Assembly (NCBI GenBank): GCA_002256025.1
Contig: NKIB01013718.1
Span: 1 to 52,766, forward strand
Length of the DNA: 52,766 nt
Source of the DNA: Asterionella formosa
Lineage: Eukaryota
Direction of reading: 5' to 3'
Shown: in pieces, positions 21,301 through 35,142 of the stretch
How the letters are laid out: each line of letters starts with the position of its first letter
How positions within the stretch are numbered: the stretch's first letter is position 1
Notes under the pieces: generated by a model
Databases searched by the model: none
Told to the model about the DNA's origin: nothing
What the model saw: the letters and a program-made list of their open reading frames with translations, nothing else
Made by a program: the position numbers and the translations under genes

Positions 21301-24300
21301 ACGTACACTTAAGAGCTCAGGAAGCCGAAAATCAGCCCAATGGAAAGGAAGGACCGATCCAGGTAAAACCAAGATAGAGGCGTCACGGGGAGCTCCGGAT
21401 TGTTTAACCTCGATGGTAAGCACCTCCGACTCGTTCTGAAGAAGAAATCTCGGCGTCACATCAAGTAAACGGGAGAAATCCCCCCAATCACCACACAAAT
21501 CTTGCACCTGATAGCAAAACTCAAATACTTCTGGGCTGAGATTTGCTTTGCCCAACGAGTATGCCTGCTCTTCAGCTGAAGTCCGATCTCCCGCTGAAAA
21601 CTCGTTAGGATCTCTCAACTCTTTAGCAGTGGCCCATGATGTCCTGGTAATGATTGGCCACCTCGATGCCGGTACACGGAAAACACCATGTGCAGTTCCT
21701 GTAGGTGGAATGTTGGCAGACGAACTCCATTCGCCGTCGCCAATTTTGATCGACATTTGCACAGCGTCAATTCTACTATATTCACCTTCGCCCCTCCACG
21801 CTGGTTCTGATTGCCCATTCTTTTGGTGTGCTGATTCCCTTCGCTCTGATCTCAGCTGCGCCTTGGAGTAGGAATCAAAGACAGGTTGATGAAATGCGTT
21901 TACTTCCCCGTAAAGCATTTTCTTGGAATTCTTTCCGTTCAAGCCATCAACTGCCATCCGTCGAAACCATCGCCGGCGTCGGTAAGGATGACTTGCAGTG
22001 AAAATCCTATTTCCATTGAAACCAAAGTCCTTGGATCCAAACAAGCTCCTACAACTTTCCCATCCCAAATGCGATGTTTGTCCAGAGCAATCAATTTGCT
22101 GCAGCATGCAATTTAGATGTTAGTGAAAATCCGGCCCATTATATTCTTGCAATCAAAGAAATTACGTACCCATTTGTCATCTAACCAACGCCAACCGACT
22201 GCTAATAGCTGGTCAAGCTTGCTTGGATCCAACTTGAGACTAGCAGGGTTTTCACATGCCCACCATCGATGTTTTGCGATAGACCTGTCCATTTCGACGA
22301 ACTCAAAAACCTCATAGTACATAATATTAGATTCTTGAAATGGGAGTGGACAAACAATACTTGAAAATGCTTCCTCTTGGTTTTCGAGATTCTTGCCTTT
22401 GTCGCCAAACTCAAGAACACTTGCAATTTCAAGCAAAGCCGCCTCAGCCACCATCTTCCCATTATCCTGGTACGTACAGTCGGTAGTGCTAGCCTTTAGA
22501 CTCGGTTGAATTTGAAAATTTGGACACCCAAAGCTCAATGGAAGATTCGTCTTGTTTCGCAACCAGAGTTCAGCATACACGATCACATCGATTCCAAAAC
22601 ACCTTAAGGACACAACGCCAAAATGAACCGCCTTTACAAGTTTGGGGATCATACGCAATCCTAGAGTTAGATGACCCCCAAAATCGTCGATACTTTGAAC
22701 ATTGACTTGGCGAGGTCTTGGAGCCAAATCGTGCATATAATCCACAATTATTGCTGCCGGAGAAGGATAAACCACGTGAGTAAGCCTGCATTCTTTGCCA
22801 GCCATAACATGCCTTCACTTTCGAGCACCGCAACTTACCAGTGCTAGTTCTGTCATTTCCATTATCCATCCTCCTTTCCATTCGAGGATTGCTAGCGGGA
22901 GCCGATGTTGATAAATCAAGGGCTATTGCTTCCCATGGGGTCCATTCATGTTCGTGCTTACATCGAAAACGAGCATGTACGTCTAAATCCATGACATCGC
23001 AAGCTGCGATTTCCACACATTCGCCACCTGCTAAGGGCGACCAATCAGCGTCCAACCCCGATCCAGCAACAATGGATATCCGGCCTTCTAATTTCACTGC
23101 AATCTGCCATTCAAGGTTGGAAGGTAACATATTACGAAGTGTCATGCTGAACTCAATCGCAATGGTGATCACATCTTGCAGCATGTCTTCTTTACGCTGT
23201 AATGCCCGCTGCGTATTCCTTTGCCGCAAACTTGCATTCTTTTTTACTGCTAATCCGTAATGCTCCGGATCTCGTGGTTCAATGCGACAAGAAAGCCATG
23301 CAGCAGTTTGATTTCTTGCGGATGGACCATTATTATCGGGCTTGCATAATGCGGAGCACGACGTATCAAATGTTTCTCTCCACCCCCACCTTTCTTCCCT
23401 TACACTTCTTACCATATCGTCAACTGTGATTTCGAATTCCTCTTTGATTGACACAAAATCAAGTGGATGCAAAACGGAATATTTCAGTATTTCAAAATTG
23501 CTCCAGGAATAGTATTTGTTCATAGATTCACCTTTAACTATCGGTCGAACAAAAATTCCTACGCCCTCGAAACGAAGAGTCAACCAAAGTGGTATAAAAA
23601 AAGGAAGCCCTGGCATTGCCGACCCAATGGAAATGATAGTGGATTCCTCCGGTGATTGCGAAAGTGACGAGCTAGCGTATCCAACCTCAATGGATGTCTC
23701 GAGTCCTGTTGAATTGATCTGGACTGCGCTACTAATTGTCAAAATACGACGATTGTCCTCAACTTCAACAGACCAGAGCACAGGGACAGTCGATACTCTG
23801 TTGTTGAATGTATCACATTTTGTATTTCGCAAACTCATCCCGACCTTTGAAGCCGGGAGGTCGTGAAGGGGAGCAAGGGTCACCCCATCAGGTGCATGGA
23901 AGGAAACTGATAATCTCGGAAATCTTCCTTCATACGTTCGAACTTTCTTGACGCCCCTTCTGAAAGAGTCCATCACCTGGTCTGATTTTGAATTTGTCAG
24001 CATTTCCATGCTAAATCGAGCATCTTGCCCATCTGCTAACACGTTATCGTCTTGGTCAGTGATCAAACCATTCGCCACCATTTCAGGTTTCTCGTATGAG
24101 AACTGGATCTCAAGACCAGTTCTGTTTCTTAGTAAAAAGGGCTTGGAAGACTCCCCTTGCTTATTTGTAGCGGCTCCTCGTTTCTGTGCAAACAAAAGGG
24201 CAGCTTGGGCTGCTTTCTGTGGCGCAATCTTGTGGTTGTGCTTCGCTAGGGTTTTGTCCTCGTTAGACTTCACAACTGCGTCTTCGTCGTATGGCGTCGC

Positions 24301-27300
24301 GTTGACTGAGTCGAAAGTAAGCATAATACGCGGAGGTGCTGTCTCATGTGGAATCTTAACGGAACCAACAAAAGGTTTTGTCCATTCTTTCCATTCGCGG
24401 ACAGTGCTCATAATAACATCTATAGCCGAATCCGTGAGGTTAATTGTCACAATATCTTGGACACCTCCCCTTCCCGGTGCACTTGGATCACTTGGAGCCA
24501 AACGATCAGACAATCGAACTGCTAGTTGCCCACATCGGGGTTTTGATTCAGTCATAAATCCTGGTTGCCATTCGACTGCCGAGCAAAACTGCGAAGGTTC
24601 GATAAATGGTTCCCATACAGCAATCTTGGGGTGATAGTATTCAACTTCGCCCTGTAAAATAGCAAATGACTTGATAATTGGCTTTGCAAGGTGTCCCCAG
24701 GTGCGACCATCTGCATTGTTAACTGCAGTCACATTATGTAACGGAAGAGAAGCATTTGATATCGGACTTAGGAAAATAGGTGCCTTCGCTTCAATCAACG
24801 AAGTTTCAATCCCAATTCCTCGTTCGAGACGAATTTCAATCCCAGCAAGCCTCCCTCGAAATAATGGCATATCTCGGCCCTTAACATCGTCAATGAACGT
24901 TAGGGATATACCAGTAACAGCTATGTCGACGCAATCGACGGTTCCCCAAGTTTCAGATTCAAGCTCAATGAATGCCAGTGTGTACGTAGGTTGGCCATCA
25001 AGGCCACCAGAAGATTGGTGTGTTGTGTTGTCACTACAAAATCCATTGATGATACCTGCCGTCTTGGTGTACCCTATCTCAGGCGAATTGAGACCTTCGA
25101 CACAAACAATAACAGCCCCTTTCAGGGGGGCGCGAATGTTTGTCTGCTCACCAAAGCTATTGTTGTCGCCAGAAGTAGGGACGACGGAACCAACGAATTC
25201 ATCCATGTCAATACCTGTTACGACAGGCGCATTGCAGATCGCGCTCCGCTCGATGGAGAGGCCGTTTGAACAGCCACATGCAAAGCGAATTGTGTAACAT
25301 GACTTAGAAAGCTGCAGCCGATTGATTTCATGCCTGTCTCCTGTTGATTTACTCGGATTTTCGACAATCAAAGCGGATTTGTCATTGCTTTGCACATCGA
25401 TATCATATCGTTCGAACACTAGTGTCGTTGGACGAGGCTTCTGTGCTAGGGTTTCAACAACTGTGTGCAAATCCATTGATTGGACAGGAGAGCCGTCAAT
25501 AGACAACAACAGGTCGCCCTCTTTCACACGAGGAGAAAGATTTACATTGTGAACACCTTCGACCACAATACCTGAAGGCGCGCTCCTCAGAACCAGCCCG
25601 AGTCGACTGTTTTGGAAAACGACTACAATCTGCTCCGTCAAGCCTTCCTGTAGTCTGCTTGTTGGATTTTGGGAATCGAGCTGTTGTTCAGGGCTGCTAA
25701 AGTCAGATTCCAATTCTGCCTTTCTTTTGTTTCCTCTGTTATAAGAAAGTCTTTCAATAATTCCTCGTATCAACGACAAATCTTCGAATGAAAGCATGGT
25801 AGAGACAGGCTCCATGTTAATAGTCATAGATCGCAAGGTTGGAAAACGATCTTTTGATACTTGACATAGCTCAATACTCGTGGTGACAGGCTCGATTAAT
25901 GCAACACCAAGTGAACATTCAGAGGGGCTTGAGCGAGGTTCATCACCTGAGGAATAAATATACAACATCTGTTCAAGTGATCGACCCATCATTTGAGCAT
26001 GCTGTTGTTGCAAGCCCAATGTCCAACTTACATCTGGATTGATGTAACTCTCCAAGCTATGGAGGTGTGCATCTAGGGCTGTGGTCGTCTGTAGTTCCGA
26101 CGGTTTACAAATTTGCCCCGGAACATCTTCATAGGAAGGCAGCGTACTTCGCTGGGTCAAATAACTCACGTTAATAACTGCCAATCTGAACAGAATGTAT
26201 AAAGCAAATATAGTTAGCGCACGATGGCTGATATGATATCTCCTTCCAAGTTCAGGTACCTACCCCCGCAAAACCAACGCTCTTGAGTGAGGATCGCTTT
26301 CATCTGCAACGAAAAAGACTCTTGGGTAATGAGTGACAAGCTTGAGCTGAAACCCGCTGCTTTTTGTGTCTATATTATTCTTCAATCCAACAGATGGAGT
26401 AGAAACTGCATCCCATTTTGGTTCCACCAAACCAGAGGGAGAGTTTTTAACGGAAAGGGGCCAAGCACAAGTGAGAAACGAAACAATCTCTCGAAGCGGT
26501 CGCACAAGCACGTTCACACTAAGATGATTAATCACGATACGAGCTATTGTAACCTTCTCCGAACCCAAGTCAATAACTTGGCTGGAACCCACTGATCCTA
26601 TTGAAGAAGCTGGACAAGTGTCGACTGTCACAACTAATTGTGCGTCTCCGTCTGTATTTCTGGGTTGGTCGCTCTGCGAATATCCCTCAGCAAGAACACA
26701 AAAGGCACTAGGACTCCTAACCTTTTTCGGTGACGCAGAAGCTTGAAAAGTCTGATAGTACTGATTTCGGGCCAGTCTCCCGAGATCACCTAAATCGAAA
26801 ACACCAGTTCGATATAGCGATAAATGGAACGAGATATCACCGGATTTATTTGACGTCATGGTTGTTTCAATATTTTCAACAGTCAGTAGAACAACATCGT
26901 AGTTAAAAGCAGACATGGACTTCAAATCGGACAACCCCTTCGGTGGATCATCTCTGTGCAAGGTAAGTCTAAGGCCACCTAAATCAAATTTGAAGTGCCA
27001 CGATTTTCGGTCGGGCATTGACACAATAGCGAGTTTGTCCAATTGAACACCATCACTGGCAATGATAGAGCCCTTGGGTTTCTCGACCGATAAAGTCGCC
27101 TTCGTTTTCTGTCCATATCGCACAAACCGAGCATTAGAAGAATATGCCACTCGATGATTCAAAACACTTTCGAGTGGTGTTATCTGTTCGATCATCAAGC
27201 TCTCCGATGAAGCTTGCTGCTCCATCCAATAAGCTTTCTCAACGTTGTCCCACCGGTCCATATCAATTTTCCTTGCGATGTTCTCTCTCAGCACTGAGCG

Positions 27301-30300
27301 GCAGAGTGCATAGTCGGAATAAGCCAGGCGCAGGTCAACATACGATAAAGATGCTTGAAACAGAACTGTTCGTTCCACTGACGTTGGCTTTCTCAATTCA
27401 AGTAACAGGTCGACCGGTAATTGCTTCGTTGCAGTTGGCATTTTATGCTCCCCGCCATACGTTTCCCAACCAAGCCCCAAAATAGATAAAGTGAGCATTC
27501 GCCACCAGTCTTTGTCATTTTCCTCGGTTACAGTACTTCGTGCGTTTGATGAAAAGTCGGACATGACAGCGACGCTCTCCTCATGGAACCAACTCTTTAA
27601 ACAAAAGTCTCCCAAGCGCAACAAAATTCCTTCTTCAGTGCCTTCCCCTTGAGGAATCTTTAATTGTGGAGAATCAATAGCAAGCTTCAAGAAACTTCTG
27701 GTTTGAATTCTCTTTTTGATAAACCCTGTCGCAGCTCTGGAAGTAGCCCCCATGCCTTTCCCAGGAAGGCCGTTAGAAAGGTAATCAAGAAGTTCTTCTG
27801 TTCGCTCTCTAAGGTAAGCAAATTCAAGAGCCGCGATTGATATGCTCAAATAATCATCGACTTCTTGACTTTCATCGTTCATTGAAGCAAGGAGGCTTTG
27901 GATCCATCCAGGAAAGGCAATTGCGCTTGATTTTGCCTTGGTCGGATAAGTTTTAAATTCGAATTGGAAGAAGTGAGGTCGTCGCATTGGATCAATCTGT
28001 TCATCTCCCTCCGACGTTGACGCGTCGACAACGCGTAGGATCCTCCGATTTGAGTCAATAATGTTGATATCTCTTAGCTCATAGTCGTCCGCATCCCAGG
28101 CACTAACGTCCTTAACTCCTCCCTGAAGATATAAGCCGCGGTCAGCATCCAAAAAAAGCTCGACACTGGAATTTGAAAATGTGGCTTTCAACAGTCTTCG
28201 ATTTTGGTGCTCTTTATTGAAACACAATGTAAGATTGTCAAGTCGCAGTGACGCCTCAATAGGTACTGCAGGTGTAGCAGGGACAACAGCGTCGGGGTCC
28301 TCCACCCCGTTCTCAACGACCTTTTGTACCGCTGCTGTCGGTGACGCAAGCAAATCATCCAAACACTCGTGGTAAGCTCCTACTGACTTCTGATTTGATT
28401 CTTTTACCAATCGTCCGAGAAATCGCTGAAGAGCGATAACAGTAGAAGGATTCCATTGCAAAGTCAGCGAAGTAAGGCGGCCGTTGAAATGTCTGGATTT
28501 CCCTTCAGTCGCCAGGCTTTGCAAGTCAACCGCGCAACTGTTTTCGGGACTCCGATTTGACGCCATTGTACCTACGAGCTTAAGTGAAAGTGCATTCAAA
28601 TCATTTATAAGTGCCTCGGATACTGCAACACCCCAGGTCTCACCACGTCTACTGGAATATTCAGTCCATTTTAGACGGCTATGTGCATTTCCGAGCTCAG
28701 ATTTCGCTTCTTGTCCAAGCTTCTGACTTGTCGCCACCAACCGAAAACGCGATTCGACTGGCTGCAAACGATCCAAGAGATTGATGCTAGTCAGTTGGAT
28801 CCTCGTCGAAAAAGTCAACAATGCATCAGAATCGATTTTTCTTTCTCGAAGAAGATGAATGCTGTTCAATGACAATTCGATTAGTTCTTGTGCGTCGGCA
28901 AAGTGTCGACAACTATCGTCGATTACAAGGACATGGAGACCCTCAAGACCAACCACTATTGAATCAGTCAAAGGAGCACAACAAAGGTATTTGTCTTCAG
29001 TTGCTGCTTTCGATGCAATATCATTTCTGGAAGAACCCTTACTTTGATGCCTCAAGTCGGTTGACTTGAAGTCGGCGAATAGTCGAAGGCCAACATCGAC
29101 AGCAATGCTCATGTCAGAATAGGCTGCGCGAGCTCGGAGAACCTCCGCGTTAATGATCATTCGGTGCTGTTGACAGCAATGCATATTTCGTCCATTACAT
29201 CGCTCGTAGACCCCGATCGTGCTCCAAGGGCGAATCAACGAGTAGTTTCGCGAGAGCAGGTCTCGTTTCATGGTAGCTCGTGCAGAGGTATAAAGCTCAA
29301 GGTTATGAACAAAGAAGGAGCGAGTCGTCACTCCTGCATTACCGTTTATCTGAAGATAGTCGAAATGATCCATGTGAAGAACAACGGTAGCCATTTCAGA
29401 ACTGTCCCCATTCGAGTTCAGCACAACTCTTGGAGCAACAAGTCTCAAATGAAACTCGTAAGAAGGAACATGTTCATCAAGGCGGGAAGAACTGGATCTT
29501 TGCAATGCTTGGATGACTTCGTCGTCGAGCAGTTTGGAAGGGGGCAACGTGGAAGTAGTCCCGCCAATCTGGTACCATCGATCTCCAATTTGCATGGACA
29601 GACTCACTTCGTTCTCGGTCCAAACTTCAGGCGCTTGCAAACCTGAAAAGAACGATCCCACTCTCATCCAAGCAGGATAAGCACAATGAATGCAAGCATT
29701 AGAAATATCCAACGTCTTCACGTTATCCCCTGATGTTCTCGATGTAGAAGTATAAATCAACTCAGGTGCACGCTTTCCATCACATGCCTTAGCGGGCGTG
29801 CTATATTGACTTGCCAAGTCCAGTTCCGATGGTAGAATCAGATGTACCGTCGATGTGATCCCGTCAACAATGCATGGCTGGGAAATAACTATATCACATG
29901 TTACGTGTTGACGGCTAATACAATCAGATAATTTCTGCATTCCCCACACGAGATTGACACAACGAGCTTCCGCAGCAATAGTCTCACCGGAAAAAGATGT
30001 CGATCCTTCGGCGAGGAAGAATCCTAGAGACGAAACTTTGACTTCCACTTTGTAAGTTGTCGGTATGGCATCTTTCTTGTCATACCCGAAGTGAACCATA
30101 ATCTGGTTCTTGTATCGTTCAAGTTGTGATTTCGGTAGAGCCTGTAGTTCGATCCACTCATCAAGGTGTCGGGAAGGCTCTCCTATATTATGCATTATTA
30201 TGTTTTGAAGCAGCGCAAAATCAGTTTTTCGAAGGTAGATGTTTACATCGTCAACACGACAATTGACATTCCACTTTGGACGAACGAGCTGAGCACCAGG

Positions 30301-33300
30301 CCCCGTTGGCCATGACAGTGTAATCTCAGCATTTTTGCTCGACTCAGTAACAGTAGGACCAGTGGCAACTTCAACTCGGCTCAATTCAGTGCCGCACCAG
30401 CTCTTAAGCCGAAGGTCCTTTAAAGTAACTGTACAGTTGTTAAACCATTGTACCCTTTCTTGTAGAAACAAGTGTGGCGTGTCTGTCCTCGTTTTTTGCG
30501 CTGAACTCCGATAGAAATTGGCTACCTTCAATGAATCGAATTCAAGTCGAAGGAATTGAGGCGACCTGTATGTCACTGGTACGAGTACAATTGGTGATTC
30601 AACTTCTATGATAAATTTGGTAAATCTCATCCCTTTCGCGTCGGCAACTGGACGCGTCATTTTTACCGAAAACGCAGTACTGGGCCCATTCTGTGATAAC
30701 TCAAGGTCTTCCTCAATCGATGAAGGTGGTGGTCTAGTGTTTCCCCAGACCTCGGTGCCGATAATACCCTCGAAGAAATAGTCAATCACCTCGAACCACA
30801 GCTGCTGAAGGTATACAAACCGCATCGGACTGAATTGTAGGCTTACGAAATAATCGCAACCAGAGATTGGGCCTCGATTTGTATCGACAGTAACGAAGGA
30901 TATTTCGCTGTCATTGTTGATATCAGCCATGTCAGCAGAATCTAATAAAGGCATCGAAACAATATTCCGAGTCTTTGGGTTCGAAATGAATGTAAGCTCA
31001 AGCAGTGACGATTGCTTTCTGTCAAGTCGTGTGAAAAAATCGGACTGCAAACCAACAATTTCATTGTACAACGTCGAGTTTGTCTTGGCTGACGGGTCCG
31101 AAAGAGCCAGGTTTCCGATTCTTGCGGTCGTCTTGGAACCTCCTTCTACACGAGTTATGAATCTAACAGTAGTACCGTCCATTTCGGCAACCAAGAGTCT
31201 GCGGCGCCTCGATTCTTTGTTGAAATTGACTCGAAGCTTTGAAAGGTCGAACGTGATTTCGAATGGCCTCCATTCATCTTCGCCCTGTGATCCTTGTGTG
31301 TCAGTTTCAACCTTTGCTTTATCGCTTACAGCCAGACCAATCGCTGGCGATAGCACCCCACTAGTTCCAGGAGAATAGAACGATCGAAGTGGTTCCACAG
31401 GACTCAAGCGACACCAGATCGGGGTGGCAGGATATGGAGTAATACCCATACTAAGAGCTGAACGAGCAACGGAAAAGTGTACCTCTTCAGCGTCAACAGA
31501 ACCAGAAGAAATCTCTGATAATTCGCCAAAGTCTCGGTCATATACTGGTGATGAAAGGCTTCCATCATCATGGCCATCCAGCGCGTCAAAGAATTCGTCA
31601 TCCGAGAATTCGTTATCGTCCTCCGGTGTATCTGCTTCCAAGCCCTCGCCACTGCGTGAGCTATCATCAAGATTCAAGTTCTCGGCGATATTACAGACCG
31701 TTGAAGGCAGTTGCATAGCCTTGTGAATGGCAGCCACTGTCTCAGGATTCCACTCTACAAACAATTCATGAAACAAGATCGCGACAATATCCCTTCCTGA
31801 ATCATCATTTGCGATATACTTTGTTCCAGGCGCTCGTTTTCGCGAAAAATACCGAATGGATACAAGGTCCGTCTCCGACGTGCAAACGTCAGGATACGTT
31901 CCTTCTCCTTCCAAAATCTTGTCAAGACTGAAGGTTTCATTTTCATAAATGTCTGGTAAAGCCGAGGATAGAAACATGGAAAAATCAGAGCCAGCTTGTT
32001 GGTACAGATCAAAGGCTTCAAGTGATCTCATTTTCGCTTCAAAGCTTCTAACTATCGCGCCAAGGGAAGAAATTTCTTGCTGATACGACCCTCGTATACC
32101 GCGGATAATGAGGTGACCCAACGTAGTCAATGAGTGATCAGTTTCGAGTAAAGCGCAATTGGTGAAACTTCCACGACAATCACGTCCATCAACATCATTC
32201 ACCAGCTTCAGAGCAATAAGTGGAGCAGAAAAATCAAAATGGATGGCCTTCGCTCGTTGTAGAGAGGCCCTGTCTCGCATTTGTCCTGTGCTAAGATCAT
32301 TCTTCTTGACTTTAGAGGATCTCTCCACTATAGGAACGCTACTTGTCGGCTCAATATTGATGTCTGCGAATGCTGGTCGTTCGTTCACTACATGCTGAAA
32401 CGTCTGGTGCCTCCATTGTCGTTGCAAACGCAACAGAAGGCGGACTGCCGATGTGTTGAGGTTGAAAACAAGTCGAGGTAATGTAGCTGTAACGTGAAGA
32501 AGGTCCTTTCCTTCATCGTCATTACCGATCATCGCTTCGGCTGAAATACTTGTAGATATAGTGAAATCGAGTGAAAATGGTTCAATAATTTGATGCGGGA
32601 GTCGCCGCTCTTCTTTGGCAGCACGATATGAAGCTGTCGTGGTGGTCAGAACTTGAATGCGACTCAGCCCCAGTTTCCATACGTCATCGTAAGTTCCCGG
32701 ACTAAACGATTCTTCCTTTTCAGCGTTGCAAAACTGGAGGCGGCCAAGATCAATCACCAGCATAGGACTATCACTTTCTTGCACGTCTTCGGGGACGAAA
32801 AGAACGGGGGCTGAAACGTCAACGTCTACCACTATCTTCTTCTTCTTGTGCGCAAGTGCAAGCAACAGCCTCTTCCGTTGGCTTTCCTGCCATTTGGAAA
32901 CTAACGATGCCATTCGATGAAAATCATCTGCAAGCTCTGGAGTCTTGACAGTCAAGAAAATGTTTGACAAAGCAGCAATAGGTTTCGTAGAATACACAAC
33001 TTCCAAAGGTAGTAAGCGAATAGTAGTAATTGTTGTTGAACCAATATCCTCTTCATTGCATGTGCCGTCTCCACAAGAGAGTTTCCTAGCGACTGTGACA
33101 CTTATGCATAGCCTATGTTCAACCCCATGAATCAAGACTAATTCTTCGTAGAAATCCTCTTGACGACTGTACGCTTTCCTCCCGATCAAAACGGGAAAAA
33201 GTGTTATTTCTGATCCAGCCCGAGATGTTAAATCGAGTAGTTCCAATGAAGCAATGGACGCAGTCGAATCCCACGAGCCATCTTCGAACAGGGTGTGTCG

Positions 33301-35142
33301 ATAAAGGGGAGAACACGCCAGGCGTGCAATGGGAATGCCGTTTTCACTCGGTACTTTCCTTCTCCTCTTTTTCGACTGTCGTGCACTAGCGTCTTCCTGG
33401 TTCACTTGAAGGCTAATTTCTGGGCAAACCAACAAGGTTTTCCAAATAATAGCGCTTTCGTTCTTAACAGAAGACCTTACCATTAAATTCGTTTCAGTGG
33501 AGAGAACGTCGCAATATCTCTCATTGTCAAGTACTCGTGACATCTCCTTATACATCCGCAAGCGGTGTTCAACCGATAATGGATATAGGTCGTCCGAAAC
33601 CTCGGAGTCGCATATGGGTTTTTTTTCTTGTTTACCCACAATACCGAAAGGCCTTTCGTGCTTGTCATGACCATCACTTTCTCTCCAGTAACCATGAGAA
33701 AATATTCTAAAATTAACAATTGCTTCGGCTTCAAGATTATCTTCCATTTTCACCAACTGCTGATGAATCTGCTTTCTCTCTGGCTCGTTTGAGGACGCGA
33801 TCAGCTGAAGATACAATTTAGCATACCTAGTTCGAGATCCTAGTGCATGCGCCAGATTCAACCAACCACTTTTTTGTTTTCGATGGATTAGCGTCTCGCC
33901 AGCGCTCGATTTCAATATGATTAATGTGGCATTGCAGGCATACTTCCACCAACTCCGAGGATCAAGTGCAGCTGATGTCGTTGGGCGTATGCTTGTCAAA
34001 ATTCTGACTACCTTACCTGGTAATTGATTTCTTCGTACCTGATTCCACATTGCAAAACACTTTCGCAAATATGCAGATTCCTCCAAGATATTCTTTGATA
34101 ATAATAATTGAGTTTGAGGCATGGTCAAGACCGCAGAAGATGGGGGAAGAGCGATCTGTTCAATTTGGCTTGTTGAACCCTTTGAATTCTTTTCAGGTTC
34201 AGATTCTCGCACCAACGCAAGTCGTAAGGAAGGAGATATTGGGTTTAAGAAATAATTGTGATCCGTTCCTTTGAATAATCGTGCATGAACAAACCCAGTT
34301 TCACTGCTGTCGTCATTCAGAAACTGAAAGGAGGATGCATAATAGTCACGTTCAACAACACTACTGAATCCTTTGTCATCTACGACATTATCAACATGTG
34401 TTATCATCAATGGACATCCTCGATCCCAGTAAATGCTCAACTGATATGCTGCTGCCAGTTTATGAGTCACAGTGTAAGTATCGGAAGCTGAATAAGATTC
34501 GTCCTCCTCTAGTGGTCCCCGTTCCGTTGTCTGTACAGAGAACTGCCTCAGAGTCATTCCGACCGAGAAAGCACTGGATGTGTTGGAATCGTTCCAAACG
34601 AGTCCAAATGCTTTTCCAGGATCTTCATATCGGATGTGCACGTTGAGAACAGTCACGCTCAGATTTGATAGCAGCGATGTCACCCATTCGCGGACCCAAT
34701 GCCATCGGTGTGTCGCGTTTGCTTTTCCGTCCATGCTTCGTTTGAATAGATTGGCGTCCATTAATGCTTGGACCTGTTCCTCTTTGGCAGCTCTATTTTC
34801 TGCGAGAGATTGCTCAACTGAATTATCGTCCTCTGCCGGCCTTGCTCGTTTTGGTGCAATCAAAATGCAAACATCTGACAAAACAACCGAACACTTGACC
34901 TCCTTCATTGCGGACCTTAGGACCTTCCACGGAATTCTGAGTTCCAGCTTTCCAATGCGGCCATATCTAATCTCAAAAGGAGTGTCTGATAATAATGCAT
35001 CCAATGCGTTTTGTCTAAGGTGCAGGTCCTCCAATACAACTTCCCCATTCCAAGCAGAGACTCGAACCTTATTTTCGTCGAGGTTTTCGACAACATGACC
35101 AAACTTGGTGGTTAGGATATGACTTAAATAGCGTTCCAACAT
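18330..35142 (-). CDS. VPS13: VPS13-family bridge-like lipid transfer protein, ~5501 aa; exons 35142-26264, 26185-22839, 22753-22170, 22098-20591, 20517-18330
   Basis: N-terminal Chorein_N (MLERYLSHIL...VSAWNGEVVLEDLHL...IRYED), WEPFIEP, VAB repeats (PFLLRNRTG, LRNMLP, PRFLLQN, FRIENHS, ATDGPTRVL), ATG2_C-like GNPLGLIRGLGDGVSDFVNEP...KGIGKGLLG and C-terminal IRPRR/PH-like end. Four phase-consistent GT-AG introns: 26186-26263, 22754-22838, 22099-22169, 20518-20590. Spliced length 16506 nt. Confidence 0.93.

Noticed and set aside
25969..26031. Possible extra 63-nt in-frame intron in VPS13 (GTAAGT...GAACAG)
   Set aside because: The ORF stays open either way and the branch/pyrimidine signals are weak. 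It cannot be decided without transcripts.
18360..35102. Many short plus-strand or alternative-frame ORFs overlapping VPS13 (and other genes)
   Set aside because: Antisense shadow ORFs of long coding regions with no independent motifs.
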